Source: an uncultured bacterium (GTDB taxonomy: Bacteria; Oederibacteriota; PGYV01; CAWJRG01). From it: DNA of 64,000 bases. Of the stretch, positions 1-11,233 are shown in pieces. The notes below the pieces were generated by a model. That model had not been told where the DNA came from and made no database searches. It worked only from the letters and a program-made list of their open reading frames with translations. Both the position numbers and the translations under genes were made by a program. Each line of letters opens with the position of its first letter. Position 1 is the stretch's first letter. The stretch is taken from NCBI GenBank assembly GCA_963845185.1, contig CAWJRG010000009.1, positions 544,001 through 608,000 of the forward strand. Reading direction: 5' to 3'.

Positions 1-1
1 G

Positions 2-3000
2 ATAATATTTTTTATTTTTTACGCAATTATACTAATGCCTTCCATGGCTTTTGCTACGACAACTGTCCAGAACATGGCAGTCTCACCGGGCACTGTATCC
101 GCAGGCCAGAATGTAACGATAACATTTTCATTTATGAGCACAAATACAGGCTGTAAAATATCATATTTCGCGGCTTTATCAAACCAGTGCGCCCTGCAAA
201 ACGCGGGTACAGCGGGCCAGTCCATACTTGTTTCAGAATCAGGCATGGATGTATTAAACACAAGCGTTAACGGCGGCAGGACCAGCCTGTGCAACGGGGA
301 CAATACCTATCACGCTACAACAGAAACCACGTGCGGCATGGAAACAGGCGGGGGGCCTATTTACATGACCGTGCCGTCAAGCTGGGCAAACGGCACATAT
401 TACGCGATAGTTGCGGTCAGGGACTGCAATATATACATGAACCCGGCATGCTGCTCAAATATGGACAACCAGTATTGCGTGTCATTTAATGTGGGTGTGG
501 CGGGTTCGCCGACAAATACGCCCTTGCCGACGAGGACAACGACGCCCACGCCCGTGCCTGTCGGGGTTATAGTCAATGTGGCGCAGATAGGTTTTGGCAA
601 TTCCAGCAGCGTTTCTTTTAATGTTTTATCGCCAACGCAGACAAGCACGCAGCAGTCAAACCCGACTTTTACACGGACCTCAACAATGACAAATACAAAG
701 ACAAGCACACCATCTTTTACATTTACATGCACAAATACATTCACTCCAACAAACACATTTACCGTAACAGGCACAAATACGCCGCAGAACACGGTTACAT
801 TAACCGCTACAGGCACAAGCACGGCATTGCCTACAGCTACAAATACGGCAACGCCTACACTTTCGGCGACAAGGACAAATACTGTGACCCCGACATATAC
901 GGCTACGGCGACAAATTCGCAATTGCCTACAGCTACGCGCACAAATACACCGACATATACAGTTACCTTAACGTGGACAAGCACGTTGCAGAACACGGTT
1001 ACATTAACCGCTACAGGCACAAGCACGCCATTGCCTACAGCTACAAATACGGCAACACCTACACTGTCAGCGACAAGGACAAATACTGTTACGCCTACAT
1101 TTACCAGTACAACTACCGTGACTTATACAAATACCCTGACATGGACAAACACGCCACAAAATACAGCAACATTAACAGCTACAGGAACAAATACGTTATT
1201 GCCGACAGGAACAAACACACAATCTCCTTCACCTTCGGCTACGGTGAGCATGACAGCTACGAGGACGAGCACAGCGACAAATACGCCGACATATACAGCC
1301 ACCCTGACATGGACAAACACACCACAGAACACAATAACTTTGACAGCTACAGGAACAAATACACCATCAGCTACAGCTACATTTACAGCAACAAAGACAA
1401 GCACAGCAACAAATACACCGACATATACAGTTACCTTAACGTGGACAAACACACCACAGAACACGGTGACTTTAACCGGGACAGAAACGAATACACCCTC
1501 AGCTACAGCTACATTTACAGCGACAAGAACAAATACATTGACATATACGGCTACGATGACGTGGACCAACACACTGCAGAATACAATAACTTTAACAGTT
1601 ACAGGAACGGATACATCCTCAGTTACGCCTACGTTTACGGTGACAAAAACAAACACTGCATCTAATACACCGACATATACATGTACAATGACAGGCACAA
1701 GTACGGTGACGTTGACATTTACACTGACAAATACGCCTTCATTAACAGTAACAGCAACTTTCACAAGAACAGTTACACCGACATTTACCAGTTCACCTGT
1801 GGTATCACCTACACCCACATTTACGAATATAATATTCACATGGACAATAACGCAAACATTTACCATATCCCCGACAATTACAATGACAAACACGTTATTG
1901 CCCACAGGAACAAACACAGCAACGCCTTCATTAACGGCGACAAGGTCAAATACGGCAACACCAACATTCACTTCGACACCCACGGCAACATATACAGTCA
2001 CCCTGACGTGGACAAACACACCGCAGAACACGGCAACTTTAACTGAGACAAGCACAAATACCCAGCTGCCAACAGGGACAAATACAGCAACGCCTTCATT
2101 AACGGCAACAAGGTCGAGCACGGCAACACCGACTTTAACTGTAACATCTACGGCGACGTATTCAGTCACCCTTACATTGACAAATACGCCGCAGAACACA
2201 GCGACTTTTACAGCAACAGAAACAAACACATCTTCTGCGTCGCCTACATTTACAATGACAAGGACAAATACTGCCACAAATACCCAGACAAACACACCTT
2301 CATTTACAACAACACTGACTTTTACAAGAACAGTTACATTGACATTTACCAGTTCACCCGCGGTATCACCCACACCCACATTTACGAACATAATATTCAC
2401 ATGGACAATAACGCAAACATTTACAATATCCCCGACAATTACCATGACAAACACGCCGATCCCGACAGAAACAAATACAGAGACGCCTACTTTTACAGCA
2501 ACACGGACAAACACAGCAACGATGACTTTAACTACGACATTGACGCAGACATATACAATTACTTTAACGTGGACAAGCACAGCGCTAGATACTGCTACTT
2601 CAACGGAAACAGGCACAAATACAATATTGCCAACATGGACAAGCACAGCGACATTAACGTTCACAGATACAAGGACATACACTGCGACAATTACGCCGAC
2701 ATATTCAGCAACATTGACCTGGACAAACACGCCGCAGAACACAACAACCTTAACTGTTACTGCTACAAATAGCTGCGCCTGTACAGGGACTCCGACTTAT
2801 ACAGCAACTATTTTTACGCCTACAATTACTCCTACATATACAGTGTCATTGACAATTACCCTGACAAACACGCCTTCGCCTACAGCAACATATACAGCTA
2901 CACCTACGGGAACAAAGACAATAACACCAACATGGAGCCCGACGAATACACCGACACTGATAGATACACCTACATTCACCGGTACAGCAACTGCCACAAT

Positions 3001-4054
3001 TACACTTACGTTTACAGGAACATCGACATTTACAGCAACAATTATATACACACTTACCAATACTGAAATTGTATCGGAAACACCGACTTATACAGCCACA
3101 ATTTACACGCCGACAATTTCGCCGACATCTACAATAACACCAACAATAACATTAACGGAATCGCCTTCATTAACAGATACGGCAACGTACACTACAACAG
3201 GAACAAAGACATGGACAAATACACCATTACCTACGCTTACAAATACGCCACAAAACACCGCAACAAGTACAGTCACGCCTACTGTAGGAGCAAATCTTGT
3301 AGCGGCTATTACTGTATCGCCGGGGAGTGCAATGATCGGCCAGGATATAACTGTAATAATGCAAGTAGTAAATACAGGGACAAATGGCGTGGATAACTTA
3401 CAGCCTTCAACGCTGGCTCAAACAGGCGGTGGAACAGCTGTCCTTGTAAGCGGGCCCAGCCCTGCAAGTACTGCAATAGCCTCGGGGACAGCAGGATCAT
3501 TTACGTGGATATATACAGTGACTTCTGTGGCAGGGAACATAACATTCAGCGGCAGTGCAAGCGGCACAGACGCGGTAAACGGCATAATAGTTTCAACTTC
3601 ATCAGTGTCGAGTAATCCTTTAATATGCGTTACAGCCACAGCAACATTAGCAAATTCGATTACAGTTACCATAACGGCGACAAATACAATAACGCCGAGT
3701 ATTACGGCGACCAATCCAGTGGCGACAGCCAGCTTTACACCGACAAACCAGGTTACTGTTTTGACTGTCACTGCTACTATTGTTATCGCAGAACCGCCAC
3801 GGATATATCCAAACCCGGTGAAAGACAGGTTTAGATATGTATTTACCCTGACAGAAGACGCGGATATAGAAATAACAATATATACAGCGGCATACAGGCT
3901 GATAGCAAAATTTGACCAGAGACAGAGCGCAGGGTTAAACACTATTGTAATAGACACACAAGGTATGGCAAACGGAACATATTTTATCGTATATAAGCAA
4001 AAAGGGCAGACAACAAATACCAGAAGAATTGATAAATTTATTGTTTTAAAATAA
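2..4054 (+). CDS. Giant secreted Thr-rich repeat protein (Cys-rich N-terminal domain, ~950-aa TxTx repeat region, Ig-like domain, T9SS/FlgD-Ig-like C-terminal domain); 5' end probably upstream of the window
   Basis: The frame is open from base 2 (IIFFIFYAIILMPSMAFA, signal-peptide-like); the ORF track starts it at 35. C-terminus IYPNPVKD...IEITIYT...GMANGTYFI resembles secretion-system C-terminal sorting domains. Confidence 0.85.
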   Translation: MIFFIFYAIILMPSMAFATTTVQNMAVSPGTVSAGQNVTITFSFMSTNTGCKISYFAALSNQCALQNAGTAGQSILVSESGMDVLNTSVNGGRTSLCNGDNTYHATTETTCGMETGGGPIYMTVPSSWANGTYYAIVAVRDCNIYMNPACCSNMDNQYCVSFNVGVAGSPTNTPLPTRTTTPTPVPVGVIVNVAQIGFGNSSSVSFNVLSPTQTSTQQSNPTFTRTSTMTNTKTSTPSFTFTCTNTFTPTNTFTVTGTNTPQNTVTLTATGTSTALPTATNTATPTLSATRTNTVTPTYTATATNSQLPTATRTNTPTYTVTLTWTSTLQNTVTLTATGTSTPLPTATNTATPTLSATRTNTVTPTFTSTTTVTYTNTLTWTNTPQNTATLTATGTNTLLPTGTNTQSPSPSATVSMTATRTSTATNTPTYTATLTWTNTPQNTITLTATGTNTPSATATFTATKTSTATNTPTYTVTLTWTNTPQNTVTLTGTETNTPSATATFTATRTNTLTYTATMTWTNTLQNTITLTVTGTDTSSVTPTFTVTKTNTASNTPTYTCTMTGTSTVTLTFTLTNTPSLTVTATFTRTVTPTFTSSPVVSPTPTFTNIIFTWTITQTFTISPTITMTNTLLPTGTNTATPSLTATRSNTATPTFTSTPTATYTVTLTWTNTPQNTATLTETSTNTQLPTGTNTATPSLTATRSSTATPTLTVTSTATYSVTLTLTNTPQNTATFTATETNTSSASPTFTMTRTNTATNTQTNTPSFTTTLTFTRTVTLTFTSSPAVSPTPTFTNIIFTWTITQTFTISPTITMTNTPIPTETNTETPTFTATRTNTATMTLTTTLTQTYTITLTWTSTALDTATSTETGTNTILPTWTSTATLTFTDTRTYTATITPTYSATLTWTNTPQNTTTLTVTATNSCACTGTPTYTATIFTPTITPTYTVSLTITLTNTPSPTATYTATPTGTKTITPTWSPTNTPTLIDTPTFTGTATATITLTFTGTSTFTATIIYTLTNTEIVSETPTYTATIYTPTISPTSTITPTITLTESPSLTDTATYTTTGTKTWTNTPLPTLTNTPQNTATSTVTPTVGANLVAAITVSPGSAMIGQDITVIMQVVNTGTNGVDNLQPSTLAQTGGGTAVLVSGPSPASTAIASGTAGSFTWIYTVTSVAGNITFSGSASGTDAVNGIIVSTSSVSSNPLICVTATATLANSITVTITATNTITPSITATNPVATASFTPTNQVTVLTVTATIVIAEPPRIYPNPVKDRFRYVFTLTEDADIEITIYTAAYRLIAKFDQRQSAGLNTIVIDTQGMANGTYFIVYKQKGQTTNTRRIDKFIVLK

Positions 4055-4068
4055 CACACTAAAAATAA

Positions 4069-4096
4069 TTGACAAAATCGCAGAATAGTGTAAAAT
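4069..4096 (+). promoter_or_regulatory. sigma70-type promoter of the gap operon
   Basis: TTGACA (4069-4074), 16 nt, TAAAAT (4091-4096). Confidence 0.55.
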
Positions 4097-4117
4097 TTCA
4101 CATAACCAAAATCCAAA

Positions 4118-4150
4118 GCAGGGAACGGCGACAAAAAGTGCCGTTCCCGC
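4118..4150. repeat. REP-like palindrome in the gap leader
   Basis: GCAGGGAACGGC...GCCGTTCCCGC inverted repeat. Confidence 0.55.
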
Positions 4151-4160
4151 AATTATTTAA

Positions 4161-5204
<1,044 letters not shown>

Positions 5205-5271
5205 TTAAAAAAGTGTTTTAGGTTTTTAATCATAGAGATATTTATTAAGATAATTAACGGAGGTAATTTTT

Positions 5272-6498
5272 ATGGCTAAGTTAACCATTGAAGATTTGGG
5301 AAACAGCGGAGAACTGACAGGCAAAAGAGTATTGATGCGCGTTGATTTCAACGTGCCTCTTGACGAGAAACGCAACATAACTTCTGACAAGAGGATAACA
5401 GCGTCTTTGCCGTCCATAAAATATGTAATCGAAAAAAAGGGCAGGCTTATCCTGATGTCCCATCTCGGCAGGCCAAAAGGCAAGAAAGCCCCTGAATTCT
5501 CGCTTGACGTGGTGGCTAAAAAATTGTCCGAACTGCTCGGAAAAGAAGTAAAGTTTGCGCCTGACTGCATAGGGCCTGAAGTGAAAAAAATGGCGGATTC
5601 TTTAAAGGACGGCGACGTGATGCTGCTTGAAAACCTCAGGTTTTACAAGGAAGAGGAAGGCAATGACCCGGAGTTCGCGAAAAAACTCGCGGAACTCGGA
5701 GAAGTCTATATAAACGACGCATTCGGCACGGCACACAGGGCGCATGCGTCCACCGAGGGCGTGTGCAAGTACATGAAAAAATGCGCGGCAGGCTTTTTGA
5801 TGCAGAAAGAACTGCAGTTCCTCGGCCAGATACTGACAAACCCGGCAAGGCCTTTTCTGGCAATACTCGGCGGGGCAAAAGTAAGCGATAAAATAATGGT
5901 TATAGAAAACCTTCTTAACAAGGTAAACTCCCTGATAATAGGCGGAGGAATGGCGTACACGTTTCTGAAAGCCCAGTCAAAAGAAATAGGCAATTCACTT
6001 TGCGAAAACGACAAGATTGACACGGCAAAGGATATAATTAAAAAGGCGCTGGACAAGGATGTTGCTATTTACCTTCCTATAGATCATATAGTGGCTAAAA
6101 GGCCTGCCGGCATACCGGATTTTATAGAATCCCTGAAAAAAGCCGAATACAAAGAGGTAATGAGGGATACCATAGACGAAGGATGGGAAGGTGTTGACAT
6201 AGGGCCAATGACAATAGAAAAATTCAAAAATGTCATAAAGAAATCTAAAACAATATTCTGGAACGGGCCTATGGGAGTATTTGAAGTCGAGCAGTTTGCA
6301 AAAGGCACACTTGAAATAGGAAAGGCAATGGCTGAGTCAGGCGCGGTTACCGTGGTAGGCGGCGGAGATTCGGCGTCTGCCTTAAAAAAGCTTAAACTTA
6401 CGGATAAAATGACTCATGTATCTACTGGAGGAGGCGCTTCGATGGAATTTATGGAAGGAAAAGAGCTTCCAGGTGTGGCAGCGCTGACTAATAAATAA
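5272..6498 (+). CDS. pgk: Phosphoglycerate kinase
   Basis: RVDFNVP, SHLGRP, NDAFGTAHRAHAS, STGGGAS. Confidence 0.99.
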   Translation: MAKLTIEDLGNSGELTGKRVLMRVDFNVPLDEKRNITSDKRITASLPSIKYVIEKKGRLILMSHLGRPKGKKAPEFSLDVVAKKLSELLGKEVKFAPDCIGPEVKKMADSLKDGDVMLLENLRFYKEEEGNDPEFAKKLAELGEVYINDAFGTAHRAHASTEGVCKYMKKCAAGFLMQKELQFLGQILTNPARPFLAILGGAKVSDKIMVIENLLNKVNSLIIGGGMAYTFLKAQSKEIGNSLCENDKIDTAKDIIKKALDKDVAIYLPIDHIVAKRPAGIPDFIESLKKAEYKEVMRDTIDEGWEGVDIGPMTIEKFKNVIKKSKTIFWNGPMGVFEVEQFAKGTLEIGKAMAESGAVTVVGGGDSASALKKLKLTDKMTHVSTGGGASMEFMEGKELPGVAALTNK

Positions 6499-6570
6499 AT
6501 TTGTATTGGTCTCTGACTGTAAATTTTGATAAAATTTTTTAGCAGATAGACAAATAATAGGAGGTTTAAT

Positions 6571-7332
6571 TTGCGGATTCCTTTAATAGCCGGTAACTGG
6601 AAAATGTATAAGACAATAGATGAAGCTGTGGAGCTGATAAAGACCTTAAAAACGGTTTTAAAAGACGTTCCGCCACAGCAGGTTGAGATAGCTGTTTGCC
6701 CTCCTTTTGTTGATTTACAGGCAGTGGCAGCGCTTGTCGAAGGCACGAATATAATACTTGGAGCACAAAATATGTACGCTGCACAGGAAGGTGCATTTAC
6801 AGGTGAAATATCGCCATTAATGCTCCGCGAAGTCGGGTGTGAATATGTTATAATAGGGCATTCGGAAAGAAGGACTTATTTCAAGGAAACAAATGAGGAT
6901 GTAAATAAAAAAGTAAAAATTGCGATAGAGCACGGCTTGAAGCCTATTATGTGTGTCGGAGAAACCCTTCAGGAAAGGGAAAAAGGCGTCACAAACGACG
7001 TTGTAAAAGACCATGTTCTGGGAGGGCTTAAGGACATACCAAAAGAAAAAGCGCAGGGTATAGTCATAGCATATGAACCTGTATGGGCCATTGGTACAGG
7101 CAAAACAGCCACGCCCGAACAGGCGCAGGAAGTCCATAAATATATCAGGGGCTTGCTTGCAGGTTTATACGATGATAAAACTGCTGAGATAATGCGGATA
7201 CAATACGGCGGAAGCGTAAAGCCGAACAATGCAAAGACATTGATGGCACAGCCGGATATTGACGGCGCGCTTGTGGGCGGAGCATCCCTCGATGCAGGTT
7301 CGTTTGAACAGATTATAAAATTCTATAAATGA
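6571..7332 (+). CDS. tpiA: Triosephosphate isomerase
   Basis: AGNWKM, IIGHSERR, AYEPVWAIGTG, YGGSV; TTG start after AGGAGG. Confidence 0.99.
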   Translation: MRIPLIAGNWKMYKTIDEAVELIKTLKTVLKDVPPQQVEIAVCPPFVDLQAVAALVEGTNIILGAQNMYAAQEGAFTGEISPLMLREVGCEYVIIGHSERRTYFKETNEDVNKKVKIAIEHGLKPIMCVGETLQEREKGVTNDVVKDHVLGGLKDIPKEKAQGIVIAYEPVWAIGTGKTATPEQAQEVHKYIRGLLAGLYDDKTAEIMRIQYGGSVKPNNAKTLMAQPDIDGALVGGASLDAGSFEQIIKFYK

Positions 7333-7368
7333 TTTCGCACGGATGATTTAGAAAATATCCATGCAATC

Positions 7369-7528
7369 ATACCGCTTGTCTGGGTAGTTTTTATATTAAA
7401 TGAATTATGGATACTATCCGTCAAATAATCCACCGGATTATTTAACTGACCGCTCGGGACTTGAGCGGGTATAAGAGTCCGTAAAATTTTGTCCTTGCTG
7501 TTGACGCTCGACAAAATCAACGGACTCT
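7369..7528 (+). ncRNA. Candidate structured leader RNA motif, copy A (before secG)
   Basis: ATACCGCTTGTC...GGACTTGAGCGGGTAT stem, then AGAGTCC-GTAAA-ATTTTGTC/CTGTTGACG/GACAAAAT-CAAC-GGACTCT stem; matches copies at 45076 and 47716. Confidence 0.65.
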
Positions 7529-7543
7529 AAAAGAGGTGAGAAT

Positions 7544-8020
7544 ATGCTTTATTCAATAGTATGGTTTTTACACGTAGTAATCACATTTCTTCTTATAATC
7601 GTCGTTCTGTTGCAGACAGGTAAAGGTTCTGAAATAGGTTTTGCCCTTGGTGCAGGCACTGCACAGACAATGTTTGGCGCAAGCGGGGGCAGGACATTCA
7701 TAACAAAGTTTACCGTAATTCTCGCAGTTTCCTTTATGTGCACTTCGATATTCCTGGCCATATACCAGTCAAAAAGTCTGGAAGGGTATCATGGTGTTAT
7801 TAAGCCTGTAAAAAGCTCGGGAATGCCCGAAGCTCCAGGAGCCCAACAGCAGGCACCGGCATCGAATGAACAGGGAAATGCAAATGAAATGGCAGTCCCA
7901 AATAATAAAGAAGGCGGAAAATCCCAGGCAAATTCACAGCCTGCGCCCGCGAATAAACCAGTAGTTCCGTCCGGTCAGAATTCAGGGTCAAATCCGCAAC
8001 TGCCGGTGGAAGGAAAGTAA
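7544..8020 (+). CDS. secG: Preprotein translocase subunit SecG with a long Pro/Gln/Asn-rich C-terminal tail
   Basis: Two TM helices, VLLQTGKG...G-rich loop...FITKFT; canonical position after tpiA. Confidence 0.93.
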   Translation: MLYSIVWFLHVVITFLLIIVVLLQTGKGSEIGFALGAGTAQTMFGASGGRTFITKFTVILAVSFMCTSIFLAIYQSKSLEGYHGVIKPVKSSGMPEAPGAQQQAPASNEQGNANEMAVPNNKEGGKSQANSQPAPANKPVVPSGQNSGSNPQLPVEGK

Positions 8021-8103
8021 TTTAAAGTATTTTGTATCCGTGTTTAACTTTTAGCAGGCTTGCTTTTGGCACATTTCTATAATTCAAAATATCAAGGGGT
8101 ATT

Positions 8104-9732
8104 ATGAAAAAAACTTCAATTCTGATTTTATCGCTGCTTATAATATTAATCTTTTATTCCTGCAATCAAAAACCAAAATATATCATGAAAAAAGACTATG
8201 TTGACAAACCGGCATATGGCGATATGCTGGTTGATTCAACTTCAAGCGACCCGATAGCGTTAAATCCTGTACTTGCCTCTGATTCAGCATCTTTTGCAGT
8301 TATAGACATGATTTTTAATGGTCTTGCCAAGTATGATAAGGATTTGAACCTCGTCGGCGATTTGGCCAGCAAATGGATAATTTCGCCTGACGGTAAAATG
8401 ATCACTTTTTACTTAAAAAAAGGCGTGAAATGGCAAGATGGAGTTGAATTTACTGCTGAAGACGTAAAATTCACTTATGAAAAATTTGTTGATCCCAAGA
8501 TTAAGACCGCATATAGCAGCATGTTTCAAATGGTAGATAAGGTTGAAATTATTGATAAATATAAATTTAAAGTATTTTATAAGGAGCCTTTTGCGCCAGC
8601 TCTTGAAACATGGGGAATATCCATATTGCCCAAGCACCTTTTAAGTGGCAAGGATTTTAATACTGCTGAATTCAATAGAAATCCTGTAGGAACAGGCCCT
8701 TATAAGTTTAAAAAATGGATTACAGCCCAAAAAGTTGAACTTGTTGCCAATAAAGAGTATTTTGAAGGAGAACCATATATACAAAACCATACTTTTATGA
8801 TAATACCTGACGAATCAGCCCAGTTCATGAACCTTCAAGCAGGCAATATTGATTTTATGGGATTAACACCAGACCTTTATTTTACAAAAGCAGCGACAAA
8901 AGAGCTAGAGCAAAGCTTTAACAAATACAATTATCCATCATTTTCATACACTTATATCGGATATAATGAAACTAATCCTTTATTTACAAGTAAAAATGTG
9001 AGGCAGGCATTATCATATGCTATTAATAAAGATGAGATTATAAAAGGTGTCAGGAGAGGCCTTGCTATGCCTATTACAGGTCCTTTTATACCTGGTTCCT
9101 GGGCTTATAATACAAAAGTCAAGAGTTATGACTATGATCCTGAAAAAGCAAAGAAAATGCTTGAAAAAGAGGGTTGGAAACAGGAAAAAGACGGTTTTCT
9201 TTATAAAGACGGCAAAAAGTTCTCTTTTACACTTATGACAAATCAGGGAGTGAACGAAAGAATGCAGATTGCCACTATAGTCCAGCAGCAATTTGCCAAA
9301 CTGGGAATAGAGGTTAACATTAGGGTTATTGCCTGGAACGTTTTTATACCTGAATATATAGACAAAAAAAAATTTGAAGCAGTAGTAATGGGCTGGCAAT
9401 TATCGCGAGACCCCGACTGCTATGATATATGGCATTCATCAAAAACAAAAGAAGGCGAGTTTAATTTTATATCCTATAAAAATCCTGAGGTGGATAAGCT
9501 GCTTGTTCGGGGCAGAACAACCTATGACAAAAGCAAAAGAAGAGCTATTTACCATGAAATACATAAACTTATAGCAGAGGATTGCCCATATACATTTTTA
9601 TACACGCCATATGAACTGCCCATTATTCATAAAAGGTTTCACGGCATAGCACCGGCTCCTGCAGGAATTGGATATAATTTTATAAAATGGTATGTGCCGG
9701 CTGAAATACAAAAATATGAAATGATGCGATAA
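8104..9732 (+). CDS. ABC peptide-binding lipoprotein (SBP family 5, AppA/OppA-like)
   Basis: Lipobox-like FYSC, LASKW...FYLKKGVKWQDG...FTAEDVKFT, PVGTGPYKF. Confidence 0.92.
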   Translation: MKKTSILILSLLIILIFYSCNQKPKYIMKKDYVDKPAYGDMLVDSTSSDPIALNPVLASDSASFAVIDMIFNGLAKYDKDLNLVGDLASKWIISPDGKMITFYLKKGVKWQDGVEFTAEDVKFTYEKFVDPKIKTAYSSMFQMVDKVEIIDKYKFKVFYKEPFAPALETWGISILPKHLLSGKDFNTAEFNRNPVGTGPYKFKKWITAQKVELVANKEYFEGEPYIQNHTFMIIPDESAQFMNLQAGNIDFMGLTPDLYFTKAATKELEQSFNKYNYPSFSYTYIGYNETNPLFTSKNVRQALSYAINKDEIIKGVRRGLAMPITGPFIPGSWAYNTKVKSYDYDPEKAKKMLEKEGWKQEKDGFLYKDGKKFSFTLMTNQGVNERMQIATIVQQQFAKLGIEVNIRVIAWNVFIPEYIDKKKFEAVVMGWQLSRDPDCYDIWHSSKTKEGEFNFISYKNPEVDKLLVRGRTTYDKSKRRAIYHEIHKLIAEDCPYTFLYTPYELPIIHKRFHGIAPAPAGIGYNFIKWYVPAEIQKYEMMR

Positions 9733-9821
9733 TTAAAAAAATAACCTTCTATTTCGGGGAGATAGGCACTAATATCCCGTTTGAAAAGCTTAATTTTTAA
9801 ATTGTTTACTGGAGGTGAGGT

Positions 9822-11057
9822 GTGAAAAGGGCAGGTTACAGGCAGTCAAATACACGCTTAACATCTGCTTGTGCGTGTGCAATGGCTGTTCTTGCTATTG
9901 TTTTATGCCTTTTTAAAAATTCTATGGCTGAAAACCAAAAAATTAGACTTGTCTGGCAGAGGCCGGTTGTGCCGTCGCAATATTCCGAAGCCTGCATGGC
10001 AATACATGACAATGAAATTTATTGTAATAATGCACGATTAAGCATTAAAACAGGAAATATAAAACATATCTTTCGCACGGAAACCATGCTGGGGGCAGGT
10101 ATAGAAATCATTGGTTTCGCCGCGGGGACAATCATATTTGCTGCAAAGAATTACTTTGATGAGGAGGAAGAAAACCCAGGTTGTGAATTTTCTTGGCACG
10201 CATTTGATTTAAGAACAAACAGATTGCTGTGGACAACCGCAAATGCAATAACCGGTCATTTTTTCAATGTCCGCACGAAAACACGGCCGGATGCAATACT
10301 TGCGGTATGCGGCGATACCGCGCTTCTCGTAAAGGGAGATGAACAGGAGCAACTGGAGGCACTGAACGCAAGAACGGGAAAAACAATCTGGCTAAAGCAT
10401 GATATGGCCGTATATGATATGGTTGCGGAAAATGACCGTGTTTTCATAACAACAAATGACAATAAAGCAATTGCGTTATCATTGGCAGATGGGAAACTTA
10501 TATGGCAAGCAAAACTGCTTGGAGACCGGATAGAAAAAATATCGCTCGGCAAAAAGCTGATATATATACCTTGCAGCAGGTCTGAAAACGAAGAAAGCCT
10601 GCTGACGGCTCTGGACAAGGAGACAGGCAAGCAGGTCTGGAAAAAAACATTTTCGAAAACAAACCTGTTTCCGGCAGCAGTATCCGATGATATGCTATGC
10701 ATAACAGAGCAGCCGGTTGCCGACTTTAAACCGGGCAGTTTTCTTGCCCTGGACGCTGTCAACGGACAAGAAAAATGGAAATACGAAATAACCGCGGATT
10801 ATAACGGGCATGATTTTCAGCCAGTTATAACGGAAGATAAGGTTATAATATGGTCGGGGGATCCTGAATATATGAGGAAAAACGGCTCAAGCGGCGATAT
10901 CAGCATGCTGTGCCTGAACCGTTATGACGGGAAATTGATATGGAAATACAAGCCGCCTGAAAAGGAAAAATACATATATTCCAGGCTAATTGTTTGTGGA
11001 AAATATATTTTTTTCAACGACACGGAAGATGTATATTGCATAAAATCAGGTATTTGA
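9822..11057 (+). CDS. Secreted PQQ-like/BamB-type beta-propeller repeat protein
   Basis: Repeated AL(D/N)xxTGKxxW motifs; N-terminal hydrophobic segment; GTG start after GGAGG. Confidence 0.8.
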   Translation: MKRAGYRQSNTRLTSACACAMAVLAIVLCLFKNSMAENQKIRLVWQRPVVPSQYSEACMAIHDNEIYCNNARLSIKTGNIKHIFRTETMLGAGIEIIGFAAGTIIFAAKNYFDEEEENPGCEFSWHAFDLRTNRLLWTTANAITGHFFNVRTKTRPDAILAVCGDTALLVKGDEQEQLEALNARTGKTIWLKHDMAVYDMVAENDRVFITTNDNKAIALSLADGKLIWQAKLLGDRIEKISLGKKLIYIPCSRSENEESLLTALDKETGKQVWKKTFSKTNLFPAAVSDDMLCITEQPVADFKPGSFLALDAVNGQEKWKYEITADYNGHDFQPVITEDKVIIWSGDPEYMRKNGSSGDISMLCLNRYDGKLIWKYKPPEKEKYIYSRLIVCGKYIFFNDTEDVYCIKSGI

Positions 11058-11233
11058 TAGGTCAGTGCTGGATGCGGAAGAAATCAGTATTAAGATACGC
11101 AATTAATTTCACCCGTGTATTAAATTATAATTTAAGGCGAGAGGTTTTAAATATATTGCATTTTTTTTTGTTTATTATATAATAACGCGTCATTTCACAT
11201 CTGATTCATTACATAAACACAAGGAGAATATTT

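Noticed and set aside
400..4152. Long minus-strand Val-rich ORFs and alternate-frame Tyr/Asp/Lys ORFs over the Thr-rich gene
   Set aside because: Shadows of ACN-codon repeats; no RBS or domain signal.
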